Position numbers and translations under genes: made by a program. Below are positions 10,214 to 19,998 of a stretch of 64,000 nucleotides of DNA, one piece after another. Within the stretch, counting starts at the first letter, position 1, and the number at the start of each line of letters is the position of its first letter. This DNA comes from Deltaproteobacteria bacterium. GTDB lineage: Bacteria; UBA10199; JACPAL01; GCA-016699445. The notes under the pieces are model-generated. The model had not been told where the DNA came from. It saw only the letters and a list, made by a program, of their open reading frames with translations, and searched no databases. Location: contig CP064976.1 in assembly GCA_016699445.1 (NCBI GenBank), positions 1,449,125 through 1,513,124 on the forward strand, given 5' to 3'.

Positions 10214-10606
10214 ATGACAACCCCTCAATCCCAAATCACTACCTTCCTAAAATCTCAAGCCTTCGGAGTGGTGGGCGCTTCCAACGACCGAAGCAAATTT
10301 GGCAACCGCGTCTTGCGACATTATTTGGAACGTCACTTAAAAGTCTACCCCATCAATCCTAATGAAAGCCAAGTGGAAGGCTTAGCCTGCCTCTCATCTG
10401 TGAATGAATTGCCAGACGAGGTCATCAGCCTTTCCATCATCACACCTCCGGCAGTGACAGAAGAAATCGTCGAGGCGGCAATCGCAAAAGGAATTAAAAA
10501 CATCTGGATGCAACCAGGCGCCCAGAGTGCAAAGGCGATTGCTGTGTGTGAAAAAGCAGGGGTGAATGTGATTGGGGATGGGCGGTGTGTGTTGGTGGAG
10601 GTTTAA
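10214..10606 (+). CDS. CoA-binding domain protein (YccU/YneT family)
   Basis: FGVVGASNDRSKFGNRVLRHY...IWMQPGAQS...AGVNVIGDGRCVLV. Confidence 0.85.
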   Translation: MTTPQSQITTFLKSQAFGVVGASNDRSKFGNRVLRHYLERHLKVYPINPNESQVEGLACLSSVNELPDEVISLSIITPPAVTEEIVEAAIAKGIKNIWMQPGAQSAKAIAVCEKAGVNVIGDGRCVLVEV

Positions 10607-10663
10607 AAAATAAAATATAAATTTGCAGAGTTTGTGCTCAGTCGTGTGTTCCCCGAAGTGAAG

Positions 10664-12304
10664 TTAACATTCACGAATAGAGTTGCTTGATCTTTGAAGT
10701 GTAGGAAATAGTTCTTTAAACGTTTCTTCTAAGTGATCAAATCGCGCCGTCTGTTTATTCTCAGCGGTTACACTTAAATGAAAAAAATGACTTCCTTTTC
10801 CTTTCATCCAGCGATCTTTGGAAATATTAAAAATTTCTTTACACCCAATCTCTTCGATCCATTTTTCAAGTTCATGCAAAGACATAACTTCTAATCCCTG
10901 AATCCCTGTTTGTTCCAAGAGTCTAATGTTTTCAGCAAATTTGAGAAAGCTAGTTGCTTCTGTTGTTAAAGGTTCAAGGCAGCAAATAATACAAACAAAT
11001 TCATTTATTTCGTTTTTAGAATATTGTGAAAGTTTAGAGGGGTTTTTAGCAATATGAAGAAACTGGTCGAAAGCTTCGTAAGTTCTCTCGTAGGATTCTA
11101 CCAAAGAAGATGCTGGAAAAATTGTTTTGAATTCTTTTGAGCCAAAGCTTTTTTTAAATTCAATTAGTAGGCCCCTCTTATCTCCAAGTGGGATGAAAAA
11201 ATCTGGAATACTTTTATCTCTATTTCCAGGTAAAATAATATTATCAAAACAGACGTATGGGATAGAGTAGTAATCAAGAAAATAGGAAAAGTATTTATTA
11301 ACGGCTTCTCCTATTTTTCCTTGAATAGAACCTGACTCTGGATCACCGAATGCGTCTTGAATACGATCAAATAAATATCTAGAGTAAGCCAATATATAAT
11401 ACCAAGGCGATAGTAGTAGATAACTATGAATAGCGCTTTTATCTCCTCCTGTTACTTCGTCTCCTATCCATATTAAAGGCTGAGCTCCTAATGGGAGAGG
11501 TGCATATTTTTGATAAAATTCTGGAAGCATCAATACTTCTTCTTCATGCCATTTCCTAAAAATGCTTGTATTACAAGAGAAGCGTTCAGCAATTAATCGT
11601 AGTAAGTCTGAACTGACACCATATTTACTTTTCAAATTCTCATCTACGTGATTATCACGAATAAAGAATAGACCACTGCTATCTTTAATATTTTCAGCAA
11701 TAGTTAATATAAAAAAAGCACCCCTATAAAAATCAATGGGATGGAAACTCAAATATTTAGATAAGCCTTTAAAATAGTTTCCGTTCGTTGCTTCATCTAG
11801 GTATTTTTGTATAAGCCAATTCCTATAGGAAAAATTAAGATCAATGATCGCATGCATCCATTGTGATCCGACAGATCTGATAGGAAATAAATCAGCTGCA
11901 ATTAATCTGGATAACTCTTCTAAATCTGGGACATTTTGGATAAGTGGTTTGAGTGCTTGTGATGTGGATAAATCCTTTTTAATTACGGCCACTTCATTTG
12001 ATTCAAACCAACTCTGATCTATGTGTGCGTCTTTAACTTCAAGGTATTGATGGGAAAGGTTGATAATGTCTTTTTCTTCGGCCACCTTATCAACATCCTC
12101 ATTTGATAAAAAAGAGAGAACGCCTATCCTCGAAGCATAGGCTCTGCTTAAAAAGATATGATGATAAGGATCAGTTATTCTAAGAGATGAGGGATCTAAT
12201 TTCCAGATTTTCCAATTAAGCTTAGCACAGGTGATCAGAGTAGTGGATAGTTTGTACTTTTGAATCTTTTGAGTGAATTCATCGTAACTAATTAAATTTC
12301 CCAT
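10664..12304 (-). CDS. Orphan 546 aa hypothetical protein, AT-rich relative to neighbours, abutting tRNA-Asn
   Basis: Long uninterrupted ORF with no recognised family. The C-terminal region has a D...EFK-type arrangement (IPLGDKRGLLIEFKKS) reminiscent of PD-(D/E)xK nucleases. Codon usage is visibly more AT-rich than the flanks. Confidence 0.5.
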   Translation of the reverse strand: MGNLISYDEFTQKIQKYKLSTTLITCAKLNWKIWKLDPSSLRITDPYHHIFLSRAYASRIGVLSFLSNEDVDKVAEEKDIINLSHQYLEVKDAHIDQSWFESNEVAVIKKDLSTSQALKPLIQNVPDLEELSRLIAADLFPIRSVGSQWMHAIIDLNFSYRNWLIQKYLDEATNGNYFKGLSKYLSFHPIDFYRGAFFILTIAENIKDSSGLFFIRDNHVDENLKSKYGVSSDLLRLIAERFSCNTSIFRKWHEEEVLMLPEFYQKYAPLPLGAQPLIWIGDEVTGGDKSAIHSYLLLSPWYYILAYSRYLFDRIQDAFGDPESGSIQGKIGEAVNKYFSYFLDYYSIPYVCFDNIILPGNRDKSIPDFFIPLGDKRGLLIEFKKSFGSKEFKTIFPASSLVESYERTYEAFDQFLHIAKNPSKLSQYSKNEINEFVCIICCLEPLTTEATSFLKFAENIRLLEQTGIQGLEVMSLHELEKWIEEIGCKEIFNISKDRWMKGKGSHFFHLSVTAENKQTARFDHLEETFKELFPTLQRSSNSIREC

Positions 12305-12388
12305 ATAAGATCCAAATCCGGGTACTCAGGTAGTTATTTTACTCTGAATTCCGGAGACAGACGACTGACCCCAAGTTTTATTAAATAA

Positions 12389-12420
12389 AAAAAGCCACCT
12401 AATGGTGGCTTTTTTTTATT
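12389..12420 (-). terminator. Bidirectional rho-independent terminator downstream of tRNA-Asn
   Basis: A-run, then the GCCACC-taat-GGTGGC hairpin, then a T8 run. Confidence 0.6.
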
Positions 12421-12421
12421 G

Positions 12422-12493
12422 CTCCGGGGGCGGGATTCGAACCCGCGACCAAGTGATTAACAGTCACCTACTCTGCCGCTGAGCTACCCCGGA
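12422..12493 (-). tRNA. tRNA-Asn (GTT)
   Basis: Reverse complement TCCGGGGTAGCTCAGCGGCAGAGTAGGTGACTGTTAATCACT...GCGGGTTCGAATCCCGCCCCCGGAG folds as a cloverleaf with anticodon loop CTGTTAA. Confidence 0.85.
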
Positions 12494-12657
12494 AAATGCT
12501 TTGCGGCTGCTATCAGAGGCTTTTTTTGAGTGCAACCTGAAATCCTAAGCATAAATTTAAATTTTCTATCCATTCCCCATTCCCCATTCCATAGAAGAAT
12601 TCTGTCTTGACGATTGCTCGGAGAGTGATCACTCTCCAGACATCTTAAGGAGGCTTT

Positions 12658-13497
12658 ATGGCTTGGTTTAAAAGAATATTTTTATTTTTAGCGGTCAATA
12701 TCCTGGTTGTCGCGACTATTTCTATTTTGCTTCAAGTGCTTGGGGTGAAGCCTTATCTGACGCGCTATGGGATGGATTATCAGTCGTTGGCGGTTTTTTG
12801 TCTGATTTGGGGTATGGGAGGCGCTTTTATTTCGCTTCTTTTGTCCAAACAAATGGCCAAGTGGATGATGGGTGTTCACATCATCGATGGAAATACTGGA
12901 AGTCGTGAAGAAAGGCTTCTGATTCAGATGATCCAGGGCCTTTCGCAAAAAGCAGGTCTTTCGAAAATGCCGGAAGTGGGGATTTATGAATCGCCCGAGA
13001 TTAATGCTTTTGCAACAGGGCCTACAAGATCCAATTCTTTGGTCGCCGTCTCGCGTGGCCTTTTAAATCGTATGAATGAGACTGAAATTGAAGGTGTCTT
13101 GGGTCATGAAATTACGCATATTGCTAATGGTGACATGGTGACGATGACGTTGCTTCAAGGTGTGGTGAATGCGTTTGTGATGTTTTTGGCTCGTGTGATT
13201 GCCTTTGCGATTGCTAACTCAGGCCGTGATCGTGAAGACCGTCGTGGGGGAGGGTCCTACTTCATGATCCAATTTGCTTTAGAAATGGTTTTTATGATTT
13301 TAGGCTCGATGATAGTTGCCGCCTTTTCGCGCTATCGTGAATTCCGCGCCGATGCCGGCAGTGCTCAAGTAGCCGGCCGCGAGAAAATGATCTCAGCCCT
13401 TCAGGCTTTGCAGCGTGTTTATGAATTGCCCATTCCTGAAAACACTGCTCCCGCATTTCAATCGATGAAAATCTCTTCGCATAAAGGGGTTTCCTAA
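12658..13497 (+). CDS. htpX: Protease HtpX (M48 zinc metalloprotease)
   Basis: N-terminal TM helices, HEITHIANGD (HExxH), and GSYFMIQFALEMVF with the downstream EFRAD typical of HtpX. Confidence 0.9.
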   Translation: MAWFKRIFLFLAVNILVVATISILLQVLGVKPYLTRYGMDYQSLAVFCLIWGMGGAFISLLLSKQMAKWMMGVHIIDGNTGSREERLLIQMIQGLSQKAGLSKMPEVGIYESPEINAFATGPTRSNSLVAVSRGLLNRMNETEIEGVLGHEITHIANGDMVTMTLLQGVVNAFVMFLARVIAFAIANSGRDREDRRGGGSYFMIQFALEMVFMILGSMIVAAFSRYREFRADAGSAQVAGREKMISALQALQRVYELPIPENTAPAFQSMKISSHKGVS

Positions 13498-13600
13498 GAC
13501 TCTTTGCGTCACATCCTCCGCTTGAGGCGAGGATTGAGAGACTTCGTAAATTGTAATTTATAGAAGAAACTTTTTCCTTCCTTAAACCGATAACCTATCC

Positions 13601-14011
13601 ATGATATATTTTCGATCTACACCGGATTGTTTAAAAGTAGTTCCACCTTCAACTGTTGAAGGTATTAATGTTCCTGTAGTGGCTACAGCTATTTTCTCAA
13701 CAGCTCAGAAAATTAATGAGTATGTGGCTGCAGCCGTCGGATTTTTAGCAAAAAATTTATCTTTAGGTGTTGAGTCTAAAGTTCTCCTTTGGAGAGCTCT
13801 TGCTAAAGAGATTGAGTGTAGAGCTCCTGGTTTTGTATCAGATTTCTTTTGGGATAAAGATGGTAACTATGTCTTCGCAGGCGCTCTAAACGAGGGTGCT
13901 ATTCTTGTAATTAACCCAAAAAATGGAGATATTTTTACAGGTAAGATACCAGGTGGATTCTTAGGCTTAGGAATAGATACGGCGATGGCAAATTTAAGAC
14001 CGATTTCTTAA
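13601..14011 (+). CDS. Hypothetical protein
   Basis: 136 aa ORF with no recognised motif. Confidence 0.35.
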   Translation: MIYFRSTPDCLKVVPPSTVEGINVPVVATAIFSTAQKINEYVAAAVGFLAKNLSLGVESKVLLWRALAKEIECRAPGFVSDFFWDKDGNYVFAGALNEGAILVINPKNGDIFTGKIPGGFLGLGIDTAMANLRPIS

Positions 14012-14496
14012 TTAAACTTCAACGTCTTCAAGAAATTTTGAAAAGGTCGGAAGTAGAGGTCGAATTGATCAGCCGGAAAGCTTCCCGTTAAATTGAGGGC
14101 AAGAAGGTCTTTCATCAGAGTCAATTGGACTTGTTTGACGATTTGTCCGGGCTTGATGTCTGGCGGAGGGGCGCCTTGAGGTTGTTGGGCTGCAAGCATT
14201 TGCTTCATGGCAGAGACGTCCCATGTGCAGACCATTTGAATGCCAGGGACGCCAGCGACAACCACGTCACGTTCGTCGTTCACTTGAAAATCACGGATAC
14301 CGCGATTGGTGATTGACTGCTTGATGCGATCAAAATACTGACGCAGAGGAATTGGCTGAGGCAATCTCTCTTTGGTCATGATGATGTTTGGTTTTACGTT
14401 CTTATCCGGAGAAGGAATTGTGAAAGTCATCATTCCTTGGTCTTGCCAGTTGGCTGGAATTTCGAACTCGATATCATTAACAATAATTTTTCCCAT
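14008..14496 (-). CDS. Hypothetical protein (DcrB/DUF1795-like guess)
   Basis: Start trimmed to MGKIIVNDIEFEIPANW. The upstream part of the listed ORF overlaps the rluA start on the other strand and looks non-coding. Confidence 0.4.
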   Translation of the reverse strand: MGKIIVNDIEFEIPANWQDQGMMTFTIPSPDKNVKPNIIMTKERLPQPIPLRQYFDRIKQSITNRGIRDFQVNDERDVVVAGVPGIQMVCTWDVSAMKQMLAAQQPQGAPPPDIKPGQIVKQVQLTLMKDLLALNLTGSFPADQFDLYFRPFQNFLKTLKFN

Positions 14497-14553
14497 AGTT
14501 TTTGGAAGGTAGCATCGATAGGACTGGCTTGAAAAGCATTTTTTGAAAAAATT

Positions 14554-15510
14554 ATGAAACAAGATAACACACCGAGTCAGAATACGTATCAAGTGGCGAG
14601 TCTTTATCACGGGCAGAGGATTGATCGTGTGATCCAGTCAATGACGGCCATGAGTCGTAAAAAAGTAAAAGCTTTATTGGATCATGGTCAGGTTTGGGTG
14701 AATCAAAAGAAGATCGTGATTGCGTCTTGGGAAGCTAAAAAGGGCGATAAGATTGAGATTCGTACCAAAGAAGAGCTTTCGGAAAATCCTATCAGCGCCG
14801 ATGAATATTTTTTAAAAGTCGTGCATCACGATAAGGATATTTTGGTCGTTGAGAGGGATGCCGGTGTCCCTTGTGAGACTTCGCTCATTTCCACACGACC
14901 GACATTAGTCGCTATTATCAATGCTTATTTGAAGCGTCGTTATAAACATTTGCCCCATCATTATGTGGGTCTTGTGCATCGGTTGGATCAGGATACGTCT
15001 GGTCTTATGGTGTATTCTCTCAGTAAAGACGCAAATAAAATTATTTCCCAATTTAAAAAGCATACCATTCAAAGAAAATATTTGGCGATTGTGCAAGGCT
15101 CTTTAAAAAAGAGTGAAGGAACTATTAAGAGCTATTTGAAAAAGAGTGAGCTTCTTAAAGGTGGAAAAAAAGTCACAGAGTCCACTGAAGAATCAGGTCA
15201 ATTGGCTGTGACACAGTACCGATTGATTGAATGTTATCCCCGAGCGTCTTTGGTGGAGTTGACCTTAAACACCGGTCGCACACATCAAATCCGTGTGCAT
15301 ATGGCGAGCTTGGGGCATCCTGTGATTGGCGATAAGGTGTATGGAGCTAAGCCAAAAGGTGATGAACGATTAATTTCATTCCCAAGACAAGCCCTCCACG
15401 CAAGCTACTTGGCCTTTTATCATCCTATCACCAGTGAGCCGATGGAGTTTAAGTCAGAACTTCCCAAAGACTTGAAGAAGCTTCTGATCAAGCTTCGAAA
15501 ATCAGTCTAG
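14554..15510 (+). CDS. RluA-family 23S rRNA pseudouridine synthase with N-terminal S4 domain (RluC/RluD type)
   Basis: S4-like RIDRVIQSMTAMSRKKVKALLDHGQVWVN, and the catalytic HRLDQDTSGLMVYS with its Asp. Confidence 0.85.
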   Translation: MKQDNTPSQNTYQVASLYHGQRIDRVIQSMTAMSRKKVKALLDHGQVWVNQKKIVIASWEAKKGDKIEIRTKEELSENPISADEYFLKVVHHDKDILVVERDAGVPCETSLISTRPTLVAIINAYLKRRYKHLPHHYVGLVHRLDQDTSGLMVYSLSKDANKIISQFKKHTIQRKYLAIVQGSLKKSEGTIKSYLKKSELLKGGKKVTESTEESGQLAVTQYRLIECYPRASLVELTLNTGRTHQIRVHMASLGHPVIGDKVYGAKPKGDERLISFPRQALHASYLAFYHPITSEPMEFKSELPKDLKKLLIKLRKSV

Positions 15511-16548
15511 TTTCTGAATCACCGTGTCTTTGTAAATACGTGCCTGCTTTTCCATTTTTACTAAATCCCCACGTTCGAGTTGATCGAAAAGATGATTGTT
15601 AAAGGCTTCGTCTTTATCCTGCCGCATAGCACGGAGGAGGTGAGGGAGATTGCCGGGTCCGCAGAGGAGGCGTTCGGTTTTTCCTTTGGAATTGAGCGGG
15701 CCTGAAACAACACGCCACTCTTGGTTAGAATAGGTTTTGGGTTTTTTGCCTAAGAGAAGAAAAGAACATTTAAGATATTCTTTTTTAATACCGGCCAAAT
15801 GATCGAGTTTGGCAATCCAATCGGGGATTCTCCAATCGATGTAGGTGTGGCACCAGTCGCGATTGTTTTCAGCCAGCATGGGACATTCTCTTTGGTGAAG
15901 GCAGGGCGAGAGTATTGAAATGACTTCGTGGGTGATCAGCTCGTCATGAAGTTTCATGAGCTCGCGAGATGTGAGGCGGAGAGCGGGCTCCATCAAGAAT
16001 ATTTTTCCGGACTCATCTTGATATTTTTGCAGACCTTCCACCAGATGCAGACGTTTTTCTCGAGGGAATTCATTCAAAAAATTGAGAGCGAAAATTAGAT
16101 CAAATTTTTGATTGGGAAGCAGTTGAGAGATCTTTTGATTAAAGAGATTTCCAACAATGATTTGAACCGTGGAAGAGATTTTTTTGTCCGGGAATTTTTT
16201 TCTTAATTCGTTGAGTAAACTATCATGAAAAGCTTGAGCATCTTGTAAGGCCAATCGATTTTGATCGATCAATGTCCAGTGCATTTCTAAAGATTCTGCT
16301 TCAGGAAGAAGGGATTCTTCCACAGCTTGAAACGTTCCCATGAGAGCCGTCCCGGGACCACAGCCTAAATCAAGAAAGCGAAGGGAGATGTTTTTAGAGG
16401 GAGTGAGCGCTTGAGTCCTTTGAAGAAGGCTGGTGACTTTGAGGGCATTTACGGGAAGGAAATACAAAATATAACCTGACCGGTATTCTTTTTGATTGAG
16501 ATAATTTTGAGGGAGCGAGCTGCGCTCTTGTGTGAAGGCTTCACTCAA
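15502..16548 (-). CDS. Class I SAM-dependent methyltransferase, Rsm22-like with C-terminal Cys-rich region
   Basis: FLDLGCGPGTALMG (motif I), and C-terminal SPCLHQRECPM...WCH cysteine cluster as in Rsm22 (PF09243) proteins. Confidence 0.55.
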   Translation of the reverse strand: MSEAFTQERSSLPQNYLNQKEYRSGYILYFLPVNALKVTSLLQRTQALTPSKNISLRFLDLGCGPGTALMGTFQAVEESLLPEAESLEMHWTLIDQNRLALQDAQAFHDSLLNELRKKFPDKKISSTVQIIVGNLFNQKISQLLPNQKFDLIFALNFLNEFPREKRLHLVEGLQKYQDESGKIFLMEPALRLTSRELMKLHDELITHEVISILSPCLHQRECPMLAENNRDWCHTYIDWRIPDWIAKLDHLAGIKKEYLKCSFLLLGKKPKTYSNQEWRVVSGPLNSKGKTERLLCGPGNLPHLLRAMRQDKDEAFNNHLFDQLERGDLVKMEKQARIYKDTVIQKLD

Positions 16549-16832
16549 TTCGCGAATTCCTTTGGCAAAAAAACGATAATCCCCTTCGGTAAATTCGGGT
16601 TTATCTGCAAAATTTTCTTTTCGTGTGCCGACAAAAAATTTTTTTGACGTACTTTTTGATCATGTATTCCCAATGAGCTGGAATCGTCGGAAGCGATTGG
16701 GTTTTCTTATAAGCCATAGGGAAGAGCCTGTATCTGAGAGGGAAAAATGATTCAAAGCTTAATTGTGAACATCTGCTTGCGCAGTTTTGAAACCTTGCTT
16801 ATGTTGCGGGCCTAACAAAAAAGGAGATAGTC

Positions 16833-17252
16833 ATGAAGAAATTAGTTTTTGGAATTCTCGTTACACTCTTTACCACACAATTATTAGCTGCTGGAGGCAA
16901 AATGGTCACAACACCCACAGGATTAAAATACGAAGATGCAAAAATCGGAGAAGGTGCTGAGGCCACAAAAGGCAAGCAAGTCTCTGTGCATTACACGGGA
17001 TGGCTCAATGAAAAAGGTCAAAAGGGAAAGAAGTTTGATAGTTCTCTCGATCGTGGACAACCCTTTCAATTTGGCTTGGGTGCTGGAATGGTGATTCAAG
17101 GTTGGGATGAAGGTGTGGCCGGGATGAAAATCGGCGGTAAGCGCACACTCTATATTCCTTCAAAATTGGGCTATGGAGCTCAAGGTGCTGGTGGGGTGAT
17201 TCCTCCAAATGCGGATCTTATTTTTGATGTCGAATTATTAGGCGTGAAGTAA
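16833..17252 (+). CDS. FKBP-type peptidyl-prolyl cis-trans isomerase, secreted
   Basis: Signal peptide, then VSVHYTGWL.NG..FDSS...PFQFGLGAGMVIQGWDEGVAGMKIGGKRTLYIPSKLGYG...IPPNADLIFDVELL. Confidence 0.9.
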   Translation: MKKLVFGILVTLFTTQLLAAGGKMVTTPTGLKYEDAKIGEGAEATKGKQVSVHYTGWLNEKGQKGKKFDSSLDRGQPFQFGLGAGMVIQGWDEGVAGMKIGGKRTLYIPSKLGYGAQGAGGVIPPNADLIFDVELLGVK

Positions 17253-17253
17253 T

Positions 17254-17445
17254 TTAAGTTTCGATTTGAGGTTTTTTCTTGTTGGATTTTTGTCCATAGC
17301 CATAAGGGCAATGCCGACATCCACTTTCGCAGCAGTAACCTCGATTGAAAAGATAGTCGGCAGTTAAGACCATCTTCCCATCGGGATCATAGTAAAAATC
17401 TTTTCCTTCTTTTAAGGACTGATTGTTTGGATCCTGTGATGACAT
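17254..17445 (-). CDS. Small Cys-rich protein (DUF5522-like)
   Basis: FYYDPDGKMVLTADYLFNRGYCCESGCRHCPYGY; conserved small protein pattern. Confidence 0.45.
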   Translation of the reverse strand: MSSQDPNNQSLKEGKDFYYDPDGKMVLTADYLFNRGYCCESGCRHCPYGYGQKSNKKKPQIET

Positions 17446-17461
17446 AAATTGAATATGAAAT

Positions 17462-17494
17462 AAAAAAGCCCTAGCTAGCTAGGGCTTTTTTATT
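17462..17494 (-). terminator. Bidirectional rho-independent terminator after tRNA-Leu
   Basis: A6, then the GCCCTAGCTAGCTAGGGC palindromic hairpin, then T6. Confidence 0.6.
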
Positions 17495-17495
17495 A

Positions 17496-17577
17496 TGCCG
17501 GGAGGGGGACTCGAACCCCCATGGGTTACCCCATACGCACCTCAAACGTACGTGTCTGCCAGTTCCACCATCCCGGC
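17496..17577 (-). tRNA. tRNA-Leu (GAG)
   Basis: Reverse complement GCCGGGATGGTGGAACTGGCAGACACGTACGTTTGAGGTGCGT + long variable arm + GGGGGTTCGAGTCCCCCTCCCGGCA. Anticodon loop TTGAGGT. Confidence 0.85.
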
Positions 17578-17595
17578 TTAAAAAAGAAATGCCCC

Positions 17596-17958
17596 CTACT
17601 TTTTCTCTTCTGGTTTTGTCAATGGAGCAGAAGAGGGGGTTGTTGAGGGAGTTTCGATAGGGGCTGCTTCTGAAGCAGGTTGAGCTGATGCAGGAATAGC
17701 CACTTTTTCAAAAACAGATTGAGACGCTTTTTTTCGTGAAATAACGACCAAACTTAATGACGTGATCATAAAGCCAATCGCCACAAAAGTTGTAATTTTA
17801 TTAAGGAATGTCGCAGCTCCACGAGGGCCAAAAAGAGCTTGAGAACTTCCAGCTCCAAAAGCTGCTCCAACATCAGCGCCTTTTCCTGCTTGGAGCAAGA
17901 TGACGATGATGAGGAAAATACAGAGGCAAAAATGAATAATCGTTAACAACGTTTCCAT
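17596..17958 (-). CDS. secG: Preprotein translocase subunit SecG
   Basis: Two TM helices with [27 protein letters not shown]. Conserved position downstream of tpiA. Confidence 0.85.
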   Translation of the reverse strand: METLLTIIHFCLCIFLIIVILLQAGKGADVGAAFGAGSSQALFGPRGAATFLNKITTFVAIGFMITSLSLVVISRKKASQSVFEKVAIPASAQPASEAAPIETPSTTPSSAPLTKPEEKK

Positions 17959-17984
17959 AGATATCCTTTAAAAGTTGGAGGTCC

Positions 17985-18752
17985 TTAACTACTTGAATGC
18001 CGAGATTCAATGATTTTTAAGAATTTTTCAGGAAAAAGGCTGGCTCCACCAACCAGAAGACCGTCAATATTGGGAATTCTTAAAAAGATTCCCGAATTTT
18101 CACTATTCACACTACCACCATAAAGAATTCGCATCGTATTGGCTGTCGGTGCGTCGTAGAGACGGCCCAAGTAATTTCGGATAAAGTAAGCTGCTGATTC
18201 AATTTCTTTTTCAGTGGGTGTTTCGCCGCTGCCAATGGCCCAGACAGGTTCGTAGGCGACAACAATATTCTTCGCTTCACTCATTGGAATAGCACTCAGA
18301 GCTTTTTTGAGTTGGCTCTCCAAAACATTTTCTGTTTTTCCAGAAGCTCTCTGATCCCGCGTCTCGCCGATGCATAGAATGGGAATAAGTTCTTGAGCCA
18401 CTGCGGACGCTACTTTTTTACAAACGGCTTCATCAGTTTCGGCAAAATACTGACGACGTTCCGAATGCCCAATAATGACATAATCACAGGCAATTTCTTT
18501 TAAAAAGACGCCCGAGATTTCTCCTGTATAAGCTCCTTCAGCTTCCCAATGCATGTTTTGAGCCGCAAGTTTGATCGTGGGCATTTCTTGAAGCATGACA
18601 TAAGCTGAATAAAGAGAGGTAAAAGGAGGTGCGACGACAACGTCGACTTCAGGGGATTCAAGTTTGTGATGCAGTTCGGTGATGAGTTTTAAAGTCTCTT
18701 CAACCGTACCATTCATCTTCCAGTTGCCAACTATGATGGGTTTTCGCGCCAT
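17985..18752 (-). CDS. tpiA: Triosephosphate isomerase
   Basis: IVGNWKMNG, IGHSERR, AYEPVWAIGSG. Confidence 0.95.
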   Translation of the reverse strand: MARKPIIVGNWKMNGTVEETLKLITELHHKLESPEVDVVVAPPFTSLYSAYVMLQEMPTIKLAAQNMHWEAEGAYTGEISGVFLKEIACDYVIIGHSERRQYFAETDEAVCKKVASAVAQELIPILCIGETRDQRASGKTENVLESQLKKALSAIPMSEAKNIVVAYEPVWAIGSGETPTEKEIESAAYFIRNYLGRLYDAPTANTMRILYGGSVNSENSGIFLRIPNIDGLLVGGASLFPEKFLKIIESRHSSS

Positions 18753-18801
18753 AAAAAGATCCTCTTCTAAACCCTCCCCCCTTGCGGGGATGGGTAGGGG
18801 C

Positions 18802-19991
18802 TTAGGGTTCTAAAGCTTTTAATCCCGGCAATTCTCGCCCTTCTAAATATTCAAGAGTCGCTCCACCACCGGTGGAAAGATGTGTAATCTTATCAGAGAC
18901 ACCACTTTTCTGAACAGCCGCCACACTTTCGCCTCCACCGACAACAGATTCAGCACCAGAGTCCGCAATGGCTTTAGCTACGGACATAGTGCCTGTGGCA
19001 AAAAGAGGTATTTCGAAAACACCCATAGGTCCATTCCAAAAAATGGTCTTGGCGCCTTGAAGAATTTCCCGATAGCGCGCTTGTGTTGCAGGTCCAATAT
19101 CCAGTCCCATATCTGTGGGTTTCAATTTAGTTACAATCTGTGTTGAGACATCAGCAGCTACTTTATCTGCAACTACATGATCTTGAGGAAGATATACTGG
19201 AATATTATAATTTTTTGCTTTTTCCAAAATTCGTTCTGCTAAGTGGATCTTATCCATCTCAACTAATGAGTTTCCGATTTCAATGCCTTGAGCACGTAGA
19301 AATGTATAAACCAAACCACCACCCAAAAGCAGTCCGTCTACTTTGGTGATCAGATTTTCAATCAAGCCAATTTTGTCTGAAACCTTGGCTCCACCCAAGA
19401 CAGCATAGAAAGGTTTTGCAGGATTTTTGCTCAATTTTTCCAAAAATTGGACTTCTTTGGCGACGAGAAACCCCATTCCCTTTTCTGAAAAGTAAGACAC
19501 CATTCCTGATGTGGAGGCATGTGCCCGGTGTAAAACTCCAAAAGCATCGGAGATATACACTTGAGCCAGCTGTGCTAACGCTTGAGAAAAGTTAGGGTCA
19601 TTAGCCTCTTCTTCAGGATGAAATCGAAGATTTTCAAGAAGGAGGATATCTCCGTCTTTGAGTTCCAGAGCGAGTTTTTTAACAGCATCCCCAATGCAGT
19701 CTTCAGGAAAAATGACATCTTTGCCTAAAAGTTGGGAAAGCCGTTCAGCCACAACTTCTAAACTATATTTTGATTCTTTTCCTTTGGGTCGTCCTAGATG
19801 AGAACCAATGATGATCTTAGCTTTTGATCCAGAAGATATTGAATCGTGGGAAGTGCTTCACGGATTCGTGTATCATCTAATATTTTTTTAGGATCTGATT
19901 TGTCGCGAGGGATGTTGAAATCCACCCGTAAAAAAACGCGTTTTCCAGAAACTTGAAGCTGGGTGATAAGGAGGGGAGATTTGTTTGCCAT
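18802..19991 (-). CDS. pgk: Phosphoglycerate kinase, interrupted by a single-nt frameshift at ~19796 (homopolymer)
   Basis: N-terminal fragment: [12 protein letters not shown]...[18 protein letters not shown]. The main frame continues upstream of its ATG as [31 protein letters not shown]. The two frames meet at a T4/A4 run. Confidence 0.85.
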
Positions 19992-19998
19992 AAAACGA

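Noticed and set aside
9793-10362. 189 aa plus-strand ORF overlapping TspO and the CoA-binding gene
   Set aside because: It is an alternative frame of two strongly supported genes. The translation is compositionally odd (Pro/His/Arg-rich) with no motifs.
12560-12600. ccccatt heptamer repeated ~3 times upstream of htpX
   Set aside because: Too short and degenerate to call a functional repeat. It is probably just promoter-region low complexity.
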